From assembly GCA_012295275.1 (NCBI GenBank), contig CM022672.1, positions 17,484,001 through 17,548,000 on the forward strand: a DNA stretch of 64,000 nt. Direction: 5' to 3'. Positions 1 to 14,442 of the stretch are shown here, one piece after another. Made by a program: the position numbers and the translations under genes. Below the pieces are notes generated by a model. It had not been told where the DNA came from, did not search any database, and was given only the letters and a program-made list of their open reading frames with translations. Each line of letters starts with the position of its first letter. Position 1 is the first letter of the stretch. Source of the DNA: Chrysomallon squamiferum. Taxonomy: Eukaryota; Animalia; Mollusca.

Positions 1-279
1 AAATACATATTAGAATATATTTGAATTGTTATTATATTTGATTGTTATCACAGTTTAGTCGATATTTTTATGACGTATGCGTGAGAGATAGTTTTATTTT
101 GTGTTTATTATTTTTATTTTTCAGTTAATATTTTTATTAGTGTAATAATATGTAAGGCTCTATTCGTTTATCATTTTGGGCTTTATGTTAGTGTAACGAG
201 AATATCGGAAGTACAAAGCAACAACAAAAAATCTCATTCTGTTTTTATTTATTAAAGTTTTTTTTTTTTTTTTTTTATT

Positions 280-297
280 ATCATGGTTATGATTATG

Positions 298-332
<35 letters not shown>

Positions 333-392
333 ATTATCATTGTTATAATTATTATAATTATTATTATTTTTATTATTATTATTATTATTATG

Positions 393-420
<28 letters not shown>
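280..420. repeat. (ATT)n microsatellite
   Basis: Directly visible. Confidence 0.95.
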
Positions 421-423
<3 letters not shown>

Positions 424-860
424 GTAAAATAACGAATCTGTTATTCGTTAAACAATCAGAATGCACTGGTTTACATCTTTCTCACTCACACCCACTGATC
501 CACGATTAATTTATAACAGACATCAAACTCTGTTTTCATTTCCGTTGAAAGGTGTGTTTAAAAAGGCTTTGTGTCTAATCGAAAACGACTAACCTGTCTC
601 ATATGACTTGACTCTGCTACATGTTTGTACGAGGCTGTGTAACTGTAGATTTAAAAAAAAAACGTGGAGTGTGCTGTTACTTCTGATCGATCAGAATCAA
701 CGATATTTTATAATAATACACATAACGCATGCCACTTGCCTTTGATAAACAGTTGCTGTTTCATATTGATGTGCAATGTTCATTAATAAATAAATTATTT
801 CAGCATTATGAACTCATGTGCGAAAATTACTCAAAGCAGGAAAAAAAAAAAAAAAAAAAC

Positions 861-892
<32 letters not shown>

Positions 893-1838
893 CATATAAC
901 AAAAATCATAAAAACAAATATACAAAAGAAGAAAAAGAGTCATGATGATCTTTAGCACTGTCAAAGGTTTAAAGGAAACGAATAACAATACTGCTATATA
1001 ATGTTGAAATAGAATGAACTAATTTCTGTGATGCCATGTCAGACTGCCATGTCAGACTGAAATGAGTTACGTAACATTCATTGAACACTGGAGACGTTAT
1101 CTAACACACGTTATTGTGCTAGCAGACGTTGTTAGGTTCGACAACTCGGTTAAATTGATAAACAGGAAATGCTGCAGGAGTTTTCTCCCATAGACTGGCA
1201 TACCGCAGGCTGTTTGATCAGTTACAGTCGGGAGCAAATGTTTTAATATGTAATGTAAATGTAAATGTGTAAGTATATGTAACTGTAAATGTATATAAAT
1301 AAATAATAAATTTGTAAAATCGTTTCAAACTCGCTGGTTATTTTAAAATAAATTTCAGTGATATGAACGACAGAAATATCCATAAATTAATAAGCATGTT
1401 TGAAATAATTATGATTACTTCTTGTAATTTTGTGATTTAAATTTGTATACTGTTTCAATTTTGCTGATACTGTGATACACACCAACTTCAAAGCTATCAG
1501 CACTATCTCAGAAACTGTGACTACAGTTATTTTACTGATATAAAAAGGGTATATGTGTGTATGTGCAGACAAATTCATTTTTATATATTTATGTGTATCG
1601 GTCTGTTTGCATATTTGCGCCCCTTGAATCAGCAGTCGTTACTTTCAAAAACACGTCACACGCAAACGTCTTACACACACACGTACACGCAGATACGCAT
1701 CCTCACTAAATCTGTTATTGTTTTGTTTTTAATCTTCTCCTTCTTTTTCTTGATACTGTTGTTACAATAGTCACTTAATCTTACTGGATAACCTTAAATC
1801 TTGACTGCCTACTCATAAACCAGCTCACAAAATAATGC

Positions 1839-1875
<37 letters not shown>

Positions 1876-4047
1876 TGATGATGATGAAAAAAAAAAAAAT
1901 ATATTAATCATAAAAAAAATTTAAAAAAAAATTCAAGAAGAAAAGCATCATTTCGTCTATCCCCGTATTTCGCTATTTCTTATCGATTTCGAGACGAAAT
2001 GGCTTTCAAGCTGATAATATGAGGACGACATTATCCAGTAATCGGCTTAGTTACTCGTATTGATTAATAATCACAGATATCGGTTACATCACGCTGTCAT
2101 CATGTACGCAATTTCATTTCACCCGGTAATATAAGTAGCCGAGCAGTGGTATTCTAACGCGATCTGCAGTAATCTTCTCCTCATCAGCTGAACACCTCAA
2201 GGGTTCAGTATTCCGATTAGAAACATTTTGGTTTTTTCTCTCTCTCTCTCTCTATCTCGCTTTAACTCGCTTGCTCGTGAAATATATTGTTATATTAAAA
2301 TGAAGAGAGAGAAAAAAAAATGTTATTCTTTATCATTGACTTTTGGATTTTTTTTGTTTGTTTTTGCAGTTTTGTGCTATTTAAAGCATTTGGTTATTTC
2401 TGTTGCATTTGTTCCGATACCGCTGATTGTTGCTGGAGATGTGTGTGTGTTTGTGTGTGTGTTTGTGTGTGTGTGATGGTGATTCAGTAGTTCAACTTAT
2501 TATTTTTTATCCCTTTACATGTTTGTTTGTTTGTTTGTTTGTTTGTTTATTTATTCATTTATTTATCTATTTTTATTTTTTATTATTATTTTTTTTATTA
2601 ATTAATTAATTTATTTATTTATCATTTTATTTTTTTTTTTTTTTTTTTTTTTTTTATTATTTTTTATTATCAATTAATTTTTTTTTTATTTATCATTTTA
2701 TTTTTTTTTTATTTAAAAAAAAATTATATTATTTATTTAATTATTTATTTTACTTATAATTTTTTATATTAATTTATTTTATTTTATTTTATTCTATTTT
2801 ATTTTATTTTATTTTATTTTATTTTGTTTGGACTTCTTGTTTAAATATAACATTATTATAAACTGAACATTAGTAGTTTTTGTTTTAATCATGTTAGAGT
2901 CATTAGACGAACGACTTGTCAGAAGACGGATTTTTCTCCCGTTCCAAACAGCGTTTCGCAGCAGCTCCCAAGTGGCTGTGTTTAGTACACGAATCTAAGA
3001 CGATCTTGGAGCGGTTTTTTAAATAATCCGTTTGTTTCAGTTTAACCTGTCTAACGTTAGACGACTCGAATCTCTTCTGGGCGTTCAGTGTGTAACCGTG
3101 AGCCTTATTAGTGTGAATTAAAACTTAAACCAAGTGGTAAGGTCCACAAACAAATATTTTGTTTGTGATTAGATATAATATTACCATTTGTAATTTCTAA
3201 ACATTTTTTTAAATTATATTATTATTTTTTTTTTTTTTTAACGAAATAAAAGTTTTAATTATGAATGAAAACGATATATCATTTTTGTTAATATGTACTG
3301 AAAGCTTAAAATCCATTGGGAAAAAAAGCCTTCTGTTCAGTAGAAAGAAAAACCACGTTTTAATATCTTTGATACACTCATACACTGGTCACTAGTTGCG
3401 ATGGGAATATTTTAATGAGCTTATTGAATAGAGTTCAGTAATAATTATATTTGTATTTAGTATTTCTATGATGCCATCAGTCGTACAACAGTTTGCAATA
3501 AAGGTTAATATTTGTTAAAAAAAAATTATTTTAGAAATAATTAAATTATTATCCAAGAATTTGTATGTTTTCATTCGGAGGAATAAAATAAAAGGCCTCT
3601 ATAAAGTGAAGCTGTATTTTGTTATAACTGCAAGGATAGTCAGGATTAAACACTATATAACTATTAAGAAAATTATTAATTAATTAATTAATTAATTAAA
3701 CTAAACAAATATATAAATAAATGAGAAAAGACAATGACAAATCCGCCCACATCTGTTATATGCAAGGCTCTGTAATTGTGCTGGTATTTTGTTTCAAGTG
3801 TAGATATATTACCACGGTGTATTGTTCCGTCAAGTATAAACTGCGTTAAAACTAAGTTAATTTTGTTATTTTCCAGAGCAGTTCATCTGAAAGATGATCT
3901 AATTTAGCGTGGTTTACTACAGCAGAATCATATTTCAACTCGGTAAACTGATATTCCACATCTGTATTGCTAAAACATATTCAAACAACGTACAGAATAA
4001 TTCTCCATCTCTCTGTGTCTGAGCGTTTTACTCTATTCATGCATGCT

Positions 4048-4111
4048 TTGTGTGTGCGTGTGTGTTTGTGTGTGTGTGTGTGAGTGTGTGTATGTGTGTG
4101 TGAGTGTGTGT

Positions 4112-4153
<42 letters not shown>
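4048..4153. repeat. (GT)n microsatellite
   Basis: Directly visible. Confidence 0.95.
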
Positions 4154-4157
<4 letters not shown>

Positions 4158-7100
4158 ATGTTGGTGTGAGTACTTTTGTATGTTACAGACGACATATCTA
4201 CGATTAAGGTGTCAGCCAAGATCCAAAACTAATTTTACACCATTTTTCTGAATTGATAATTACCGTCGATTTTTTATCATGTAGAAATTGTTATAGGTTT
4301 TAAGCTGATTCTGTAACAATTGAAAGCTGAATTCTGATCAAGAATTATTAAAATAATATTTTGTAATGCTTGGTGCCATGACCTTTGATACTGTTACGTT
4401 CAAACAATATTTAATTAATTTTATCATTGTAATTACTCTTCAAGACTTCATAATTCCTGTTATGTTTGAAGTTTACGTGTGAGGAGAAGTTGAACAAACA
4501 AAGCTAGACGAAGAAGAAAGGATCACATTGCCCAGGGCGGTTGTCAATCACCACTTAAATAAGTGTTGTTGACGTTAATCACAGCCTCAAAATAGCAGTC
4601 TTTTCACAACACTTTTAAAAATGAAGTTTCTCTATAGTTTTCTCGTGCTTATTTTTTTTTTTTTTTTTTTTTTTATCTTATATCCATTCGTTAACAGAAG
4701 GAATCAAATTTCTCACCATGTCGTAGGAAATGTCTCACGTGTCGACTTTTACCAAAATGTGCTGGCTTCTAGTGGTCCGAAGAGAAATGAAAAAACAACA
4801 TCTCCTCAAAGATCGTTGCGTTTACACGTTATAAGCGTAATCTCATTGACCATGTTTTTTTTTCTGGAGCAGCAGTTTGGGATGTTCTCGGCAGCAGATC
4901 GACAGTCTGAAATGTAAATTATTTCAAAGAAAAGATTCCAGCAATTACAAACATTCTGTTTAGTCTCGACGTGTTAATGGAGAAAGGAAAGAAGTTTGTT
5001 TTGCAGTCGCTTTCCAGCCAGTGTTCCTTTGGCTGGAATGCTAAGTATAGTGTTCTGGTTAAGATGATGTAAAAAATAAAAGTGTTTCTATAGCAAAACA
5101 GCCAAAAGCAGCCGTCCTTTGCGAGTCCAAATCGCCCCTCTAGGATTCTGACCCATTCGAAGGGGGCCATGGACTGCAAAATATGAGAATAGGATTTTCT
5201 CTCTGTGTGTTCATGGGTTTGTTCTTGCTGCTGCTGTTGTTGTTGTTGTTTTTTTAGCAGGATGTTATTATCCTGATTTGACAAGGCTTCTGAAGAACGA
5301 GAAGAGTTTCTATCAAAAAAAGGGTAGAGAATGGCTAGTCTAAATAACACTATTAGATTTCGTTTTCATATCTTCATTCGTTTTTTCTTCTTTTTTTTTA
5401 ATTTGAATCCAGGATTTCTGAAAAGGCTGTGTGCTATCATTCAATGAAAAAATAGTTTTTTTTTTTTTTTTTTTTTTGTAAGGATGACTCTCAGCTGCTA
5501 ACATTAAATTCCAAATTCAGATTTAATTTTTCAGATGCTGATTTGCAGATAAATTTTAAACTAAACTTTTTATTCGAAATGGTCGGTAACCCAGTGTTCC
5601 TATACGAATCTGACTCCAGAAAGTCAATAGTAAATAAATATTTCATCACATAATCAGTTCCCTTAGCGTAACTAACGACTGCAGAATGCTGTTGCCAGAT
5701 ATCTGTAAATCACTGTGAAAGGTGGATTTTCTTTCAATGGCAACATACTGGTAGTAACAGGGAAAAAAATCATAATTTTTTTTTTTTTTTTTTTTATACC
5801 TAAATCATTATTTAATCGTATTTTTTCTCTCTCAGAGATCATCCAGTATGAGCTACTGATGTAGACATACATTTATCTAGATAACAGCTTCATATAATTA
5901 GAAATACAAAACGAATCGTTCAGATGTAGCCGTGTTTGCAAAGACATAAACACCACAAGTCATAAATGAACAATTATTTATATTTTTATTTCTGTTGAAG
6001 GCGTTGTGCAGGCGATAAAAGGAACTAATAATGATAACGAACTGTCGGGTCAAACATCAGTTTGCTGCTACGGATATGAAACGGTATTAATATGTACATG
6101 ATTGTTTAACCATCACTGTAACTAAATGTTTCTAAATCACAGAGCTTCGTATGTGGCCACGGTGATGCTTTATTTTATCATCACTGGAGTAATTATACAA
6201 TAAACAAAAAAAACCCAAATAACTCAAAATATTCATTTTATAGGTGGAAATGAAAGATGCTTGTTGTGTTTGTCGGTGTGTGCACATATGTATGTCAGTG
6301 TTTTGTATGTTTGTTTCATTTTTATTTGATCTCAGTAGCTGAATTTTAACGATTATATATATTTTTTTTATGCTATAGACCTTTAATCAGTTATCCGACG
6401 TTCATACCAAGACAGAGAATACAGTAATATATTTGTATTTCCCAGTCTCGCCAGTTTCCTGAAAAGATAACGATTATGGAAGATTTTTATCGCCGCTGTT
6501 GACAACTTTGTCAATATTATTCATCTCCTCTTCACAAGTTCATATTTCAGGAAAATTAACGAAAGATGTTTGCTTTCGTGTTCACATGGAGAGGGAACGA
6601 AGTGAGAAAGAGCGAGAGAGAAAAGAAAGAATGAGAAGGAATGAGATAGTGTCACAGTGAGAGAATTCGCTCGAGACAGAGTCTGGAATGAGCAGTCGGA
6701 AGAAAAACAAAGCATCGTGAAGCCGTTTGCGTCACTGAATGTTACGTTGTTTCATGATTTTTCTAATAGCAGTTTAAATTAGAAATTGTCCAGCGGACAC
6801 TCGAGGCTACAATCCATCTCTGAGATTAAGTTACCTTTCTTGCCTTTCGCTGCTGTGTCTGTTCTTCTTGTTGCTGGCTTCCATCGTGTTGTAATTTTCG
6901 TATTACGGCAGTTAAGCCTTTTCACCTCGTCCCTGACACTGACTCATTATAAAACTGATGGTTTTTCAGAGAAACCGGGAGAGCAGTTATCACAGGTAGA
7001 GATGTCTTTTGGCGTTATTATTACACACGTTATTGCAGACTCGCTGTTTGTAAAACCTAAAAGCTTTGATTTATCAGTGTCATTGTATATTGCTTGTTCG

Positions 7101-7713
7101 AGACGACTGTTAGGGAAATTTTCAGACGTTTTAACCTGAGATACAATAATTTTAGGACTGAATTTGGCAGAACTAAAAAAGTGTATTATGTTTTTGCCGT
7201 TATGGAAGAGGGAGAGAAGTGATTTGGAATAAAAACATGAGACAAGACAAAAATGTGAATAAATAGAGAAATATATACACTGTTGCTTCTTTTTGCTGTT
7301 TATTCTTTTCTTCTTTTTTATTTTATTTGTTTCTATTTTCTAATTTATTTAATTGTTTTCATTTATTTATTTTTGTTTATTTATTTATTTATTTGTTGTT
7401 TTAAATAGACGTTATGTCCATAGCCTTCATTATAATTATCTATTTAACACTATTTATTTTATTTTCAGTGAGTTTTTTTGGTGGTGTTTTTTTATCTTTT
7501 ATACCTTATATTTTATTTTTATTTTTATTTTATTTATTTATTATTATTATTTTTTTTTTTTTCTTGAGGAAAATGTCTTTCAAGTGAAGCCGATAGTCGA
7601 TGGGCTAGAATATTTGTCTTAATCATAACAGTGTAGTGAGACTAATCAGTTTTAAATGCATTATTAATAAGACATTTACAGGGACCACGTTTTTAATCAG
7701 CTTAAATCGCCGA

Positions 7714-7729
7714 CAGCGCCACCTCGCGT
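7714..7729 (-). promoter_or_regulatory. CTCF-like motif
   Basis: The reverse complement ACGCGAGGTGGCGCTG contains the AGGTGGCGC core of the bilaterian CTCF motif. It is GC-rich in an AT-rich context. Confidence 0.45.
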
Positions 7730-9367
7730 AGAAATCAATCCGGTAACCCAGATGTTTTTTTTTTTTTTTTTTTGTTGTTGTTGTTGTTCTAGGGTCGATA
7801 ACCGCAATAGTTTTTAGGTAGAACGAAAAAAGAAAAAAAAAAAAAAAAAAAAAAAAAATCTTTTCGTCTGTCGAAGTGACAGCTGTGTTTTTAAATGAAG
7901 ACAGCTTGTGCTATAACATTCCCATACATTCTGCAGAAACAGAGAGGCCAAAATAGCGTGTGTTGAACTGCGTTTTTGAGTCGAACAGACTAAAATCAAA
8001 TTAGGTTAAAATGGTGTGACGTAGTTTGAACAGGACGTTCTTTGAAAATAAAAAAATAAAATAAAATAAAATAAAATAAAAAAATAAACGTTTGTCAAAG
8101 AAATAATTTCGACATGTTCTTACGTTCGATAAAATTATGCATACATCAAATGTGAGTTTATGTCGAAGACACTGATGTCAAAATAACTTTTGTTTCGAAA
8201 ATATTTACGTCGAGCTGTATTTATGATGGAGACATTATGTGTCGAATTTTGTTTTTGTGTGATGTACATAAAGGTTGTATTCTATAATTTGAAGACAACC
8301 TAAATGAAACTGTTCAGGTTAGACTTGATAGTTTCAACTTAAATAAAGTTTATTGTATAGTAAAAAGATACCGAACATTTCCCCGCCCCTCATAATTTAT
8401 ATTTTCTTATTATTTGTTTCAAATTTAATATAAGAAAGATACAAGTTTTTTATAATGTAATATATCGTTTGTTATTGTTTTATAATTCTGTTTGACATTT
8501 AATTTTATTTTATATTAATAAATGCTATGCGTAAAGAGAAAACTGATGACTTCTGCAGATTAAAATATTAATCTCGTTTCTGTACTAAATTACAGCTACT
8601 TTTTATCTTAATAACTCAATTATAATTTCATTTAATTTAGCATTGAAGAACATGGGTCATCTGTTTTAGAGCGGTGTCAAATATTTTCTGTGTCGTAAGC
8701 TACTGCTGTGTGTTACACGATTTTACACGATTTTATAATTTAAAAAAAAGGTTTTTTTTTTTTTTTTCCAAACCTGTGTAGGTCGTGTACGCATTATTGG
8801 ATTATTCCGTTTGTAGCACACTTTGAAAATTATGTTCAGTTCTGTTTGAAAGATCAAATACAGTTAAAAGCATTCCATGGCTCTGTTTCAGGTCATTACA
8901 GAAACTTAAAACACGTTAGTGGTGTTATTCGGTTCTAAAATGTTATTTATAACGTCCAAATCAGTGCTTTTTTAATTATTTCAATGTTTTTAATGTTTGT
9001 TTTTTTAAGGATAGAAATGTATATATATATATGATTAAATTAAGTCATATACCCTCCATTTTTCATTCACCTCAAAAATAATTTTGTTCATTTTTTGATG
9101 AACCATTCACTAGCTTAAGAATCACTGGCAGAAATCATCGACTGTTATTAGCCTTCTGAAACCAATAATATTTAATTCTCAGTTCAAATACGTGTTTGTT
9201 GTAAAAAAAAAAAAAAACAGAAGAAAAAAAGGTATAGAAACAATTTCTCTCTCACTCGTCAAAAAACTGCGTTACAAACGTAACATTTCACTCGGGAAAT
9301 AACGATGTGGTTTACTGTTCTCTTTGGATTTGCGACATTTAAGAAAGCTGTGCAAAAAAAATGAATG

Positions 9368-9380
9368 GTTGCCAAGCAAC
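9368..9380. promoter_or_regulatory. RFX X-box-like motif
   Basis: GTTGCC-A-AGCAAC fits the consensus GTNRCC(N0-3)RGYAAC. Confidence 0.4.
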
Positions 9381-10196
9381 CGGTACCTGACTGTTAACGA
9401 ACGTTTCAAGGTTGGGAGGAAAGCAGAAATATGGTTTTAAATATTTCATGATCTCTATCTTCCATTAATCATCAATCGAAAGTTCCCGAAACAAGTCGTT
9501 AGGGTGTTTAATGTCAAACGATAAAAAACTAAAAAAACAAAAAAAACCAGTTATTAATGTCTCATGTATGAAAATGCGTATTACAAACCTAGCTACTCTC
9601 TGGTTATTTACATAACATTCTGAGCTCGTGAAACGGAATAAATGCTTTCGCAAGGTAAATGCATCTGTGCTTTTGTTCCTTTTGTTCCGAGTCATTTGTA
9701 ATAATTATTCCACTTTTTACGTGTCATGATCGAAAAGTGATCTGCTTAATGAGATGAATTTGAACACATCTCTGCGTCTGAGAATCTGGCTGCTTCATTT
9801 ATTATTTAGTCTGTCTCACTTACTGACAGATTACCTAGTTTTTTCGGGGATTTTTTTTTTGTTGTTGTTGTAAATTTGGCTGTTTTTCCTTTATTTTTCC
9901 ATTATTTTTCCATTATTAAATGACCGAAAGATTTCGTTTTGATAGTGTGTGAATGAATAAATAAATCAACATTTGTTTAACTGTATTTCAAACATGTTTA
10001 TAATGGTATAAGACAGGAAACTCTGTCTAGAGTTATTTATAATGGTTAACAACAGGTGATCCTTTATTTGCACCTTTCCATAAACAGTATAAAGAGATAA
10101 GCCAGCTAAACATGGGTCTGTGGTTCGATTATTATTAATGTTGCGCTTACCATAAAATTACAGTTTATTTATTTATTTATTTATTTGTTTATTTTA

Positions 10197-10210
10197 TTAC
10201 TACTACTACT

Positions 10211-10254
<44 letters not shown>

Positions 10255-10272
10255 TACTACTACTACTACTAA
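10197..10272. repeat. (ACT)n microsatellite
   Basis: Directly visible. Confidence 0.95.
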
Positions 10273-10507
10273 CTACAATTTTAAAGTAATAAAAAAAACA
10301 CACGAAATAAATCGACATCCTTTGTTATTGTTTTTTTTTTGGGGGGGGGTATCCCACAGATTTACTGTTTAGACGTTTATAATTTAAAAGAAAAACCAAA
10401 ACCAATCATTTTCTTTCTTTCTTTTTTTTAAATTTCTTTATCATTATATCAGTCTTTTTCTTTTTCTTTCTTTCTTGCTTCTTCTTCTTTTATTTTTCCT
10501 ATTTTTT

Positions 10508-10548
<41 letters not shown>

Positions 10549-10745
10549 GTTTTTATTTCATTTAAGGTTATTATTTGCTGGTTGTTGTTTGTTGTTGGGT
10601 TTTTTTTATGTAGAAAGCAGATGTTTCAACTTGAAATTGATTTTAAAACAAACTTATTGAGCTGTTAACCAGAAATCGATTTGCCGTCTACGAGCAATGA
10701 AACATGTACTGTTCTTTTTTAATGTTTACTTCGTTTTCAAGCTTC

Positions 10746-10779
<34 letters not shown>

Positions 10780-11275
10780 CAGCCACATCATTATTATTTC
10801 TCTAAAAACCTCTTAATCCTTTTACCATAATCTTTTTATCACTTTTGCACAAACCTTATTATCGTTTTCGGAAAAAAACCTGTTTTCATTTCTCCTCAAG
10901 TTGGTTATTATTTTTCACAAGTCTAATTATTATTTTGCGCAAACTGATTGTTTTTGTTGTGCTTTTCGACAGCCTCATTATTTCAAATCACAACCTCGAG
11001 CGCCATGATTTTTCCGCAACGTCATTATGACCTCTCCACAACCTCGATACCATTTTCCCACAACCTCGTTATCATATTTCCATGATCACGTCATTATTGA
11101 ATAATAAAGACGTGGGGGGGTTTTTGTGGGGTTTTTTTTGGGGCCACACAATTTCGTTATCAACTTCTCTACAACCTCGTTATCAGCTTCTCTACAACCT
11201 CGTTATCAGTTTCTCTACAACCTCGTTATCAGGTTTCCACAACTTCGTTATCACTTTCCAAGAGCCTCGTTGTCG
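10780..11275. repeat. Degenerate minisatellite, unit of about 21-23 bp (ACAACCTCGTTATCAGCTTCTCT)
   Basis: Near-perfect copies at 11171-11255, with progressively decayed copies back to about 10780. Confidence 0.8.
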
Positions 11276-11758
11276 TTGTAGTTGTTGTTTTTCCTCATCT
11301 TCTTTATTTTTGTTTTTATTTTTTTATTTTTTTTTTTTTTAACAGCCTTTTTTTTTTTTTTTTTAACTTCTTGGCCCGATTAACATCGCCTCCAAATTAA
11401 ATAAATTGATCAGGTTTGCTTGCACTTTTATTTTAATTTTTTGAAAAAAAAAAAAATAAAAAAAAAAAAAAAAAATTTTGAATAACGTCTGTTTAATCAG
11501 TATTATCTTCTATTACTAAATGTCAAGTAGGGTGAAATGTTTATTTTTCAGACACATTAGTTACTTTTCTAGAAAACTGTTCAGAAACTGATTTCGTAAA
11601 TCTCCATAAGGTGATAGAATTCATCAACAAAGCAATGTCATCATATTGATTTCTACTCTTGAGAGATGAACTGGTTTGATAAAAAAAAAAAAAAAAAATT
11701 TCAACAAACCACCTACAGGCACTGTCTGATGCTTCAACAACTACAACAACAACCAAGA

Positions 11759-11792
<34 letters not shown>

Positions 11793-12169
11793 CCACCGTG
11801 ATGGAAAGTTAACATTTGTCATGAGATAATCAAAGTCAATATTATTTTTAACTCCCTGTTTTGTGCAACGTTATTTTTTCAAAAGTTAATTTTGTTTCTT
11901 CCTCTTCCTTTTTTTTCTTCTATTCCTGATTTCCTAATTTTTTTTTTTCTCTTTTGTACTTTTATTTCTTTTCTTCTTTTATTATTTATATTTTCTTTCT
12001 TTCTATTATTTTTTTTTTTCTAATTTTAATGTTTCATTTATTTACGTTTTATTTTTATTTTTTATTTTATTTATTTTCTTGACATTACAAAAGAATGATT
12101 AGAAAAATACTGTTCTTTTGATTTCCTAAAATATTCACATTTTATTACAGGACGAACGGTAACTTGCTC

Positions 12170-12680
12170 TACTAGCAACATCACTGTTGCTACTACATCT
12201 GCTACTACTACTGCTACTGTTATTATTAGAGCTACAGCTACTGTTTCAACAATAGCCCAAGTAATATTAGAGTTACTGCTATTAATATCACTACTACAAA
12301 TACTGCTTCTAATATTAATATCAGCAATAATATCAGTATTGGAGTATTTACTACTACTACTACAATTAGAACTACTATTACTTTTAGTGATATTACAGTT
12401 ACTACTATTACTACTACTACTACTACTACTACTACTGCTTCTATCACAGCTACTGCTATAGTAATAGTTCTTACTAATGTTTTTTTTTAATCTTATTATT
12501 AATCTTATATCTGCTACTAGACTTAATGTTACAAGCATGCATTGTTACTAGTTACTGTTACCAGTGGTGCTATTATAAATGAGAAATTAATGCTACAACC
12601 ATGAGGATGACTACTAGTGTAACTATAATTACTACTATTACTACTATTTCAACTAATACTACTAATACTAGTACTACTTC

Positions 12681-12719
<39 letters not shown>

Positions 12720-12720
12720 T
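12170..12720. repeat. Cryptic trinucleotide low-complexity tract ((ACT)n/(ATT)n-derived)
   Basis: Period-3 ACT/ATT/GCT pattern. It explains the spurious Ser/Val/Ile-rich ORFs here. Confidence 0.9.
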
Positions 12721-13170
12721 GTAACAAAAAAAATACACATTTACTACGATTATTTTCTAATCTGTTGTTCCAAATTGCATTTTCTTTCGTGCCAAAAGCG
12801 TTTTTTTTTTTATGCTCATGTGTTTGTGTGTGCTTGTCTTCAGAGTGCTCGCCATTTGATCGATTTTAAATAAACACAGCATTTCCCTCGATCTGGCAGT
12901 GATCATCCTAGACTTACGTAAATCATGGCAGATCATCACTGTTTGAAAAACGCGTGCAAACAAGCAAGTATCGCGCTGTTTCGTCTGTTGTATTCAGATA
13001 CTGTTCACAAACATGTCTGCGCAATTACAGCGTCATTAACACGATCGTACATTGTAATTACAATACACTCGTTAAATCCAAGACTGAATAAACTGAGACG
13101 TACATATTGATGCAGGCATGCCTGTAGTGGCCTCAGATTATTATTATCATCATCATCATCAGCATCATCA

Positions 13171-13217
<47 letters not shown>

Positions 13218-13537
13218 GTTATTATTTTTTTTATTGTTGTTGTTATTATCATTACTACAACTACTACTTTTATTTTTACTAATAGTATTACTTAATTAAT
13301 ACCACTACTACTACTCCTACTATTTCTATTTCTATTTCTACTTCAACTACTACTATTACATCTGCTATTATAGCCACGGCACATATTTCTTATGATACAG
13401 TTTTTGTTCAGAACGATATTTATATGGTTTGAAATTTAAGGTGTTGTCAATTATAAGCTCTGAAAAAAATACAGTTGATGTTTCTGTATGTTTTTAACTG
13501 CTTTGTTTTCTCATGTAAAAAAAATAATAATAACAAA

Positions 13538-13611
<74 letters not shown>

Positions 13612-14097
13612 AATAAGTTTATAAATATAAAAAATGACACCGTTAGTAGAAAATTCGTAAATAAAATAATCAATTAAATTTTTAAACAATAATAAACAAT
13701 ATATATATATATATTTTTTTCTATATTCAAGAATTTATTGCATTCATACATTAAATAAAAAATAAAATGAAATGTGTTTCAGGTTTTACACTTTAGTACC
13801 GTGACTATTAATCGGAACGTAAAGCGATCCACGATTCAGTTTCCAGCGAAGACCTACAAAATTTCTCTTAGAAAGAAAAACACGACGCACTTTAACCATT
13901 TTACCACAGACGTCGTCTACGTTGTATCATAATGCTCAGCTTCTTTGCTTTTGCTCACTTTCTTTTTTTTTCTGTTGTAAATTGCGTGACAGTTGTTCTC
14001 AAACCTTTTTTATAATCTTCATCACAATCTTGACCTGGGGCTGGAGACTCTAAACGTGAATAGATAAATATAATAATGTTAATTACCAACCATATTG

Positions 14098-14128
<31 letters not shown>

Positions 14129-14363
14129 CATTTATTTATAATATTAGATAGTTTTCTTGAATATTATTATATTATTAACTAACAAGGAATTTCAATAGGA
14201 CAAAATATTATTATCCTGATTCCCCCACCTCCAGAAACACTCTAAGTCGGGTGGTGATCATGGATTTGGGAAGCTCTCTTGTATAACATTCGCAATTTCT
14301 CCGGTTCTATCTATTTAATATGTTATTAATATTTTATTGCTAGTCAAATAATCTATTATAAAA

Positions 14364-14366
<3 letters not shown>

Positions 14367-14434
<68 letters not shown>

Positions 14435-14442
14435 TGAGTGTG
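14367..14442. repeat. (GT)n microsatellite
   Basis: Directly visible. Confidence 0.95.

Noticed and set aside
4919-5350. 143-aa minus-strand ORF with poly-Q
   Set aside because: Non-ATG start, poly-Q derived from (TTG/CTG)n, no recognisable domain and no convincing splice sites.
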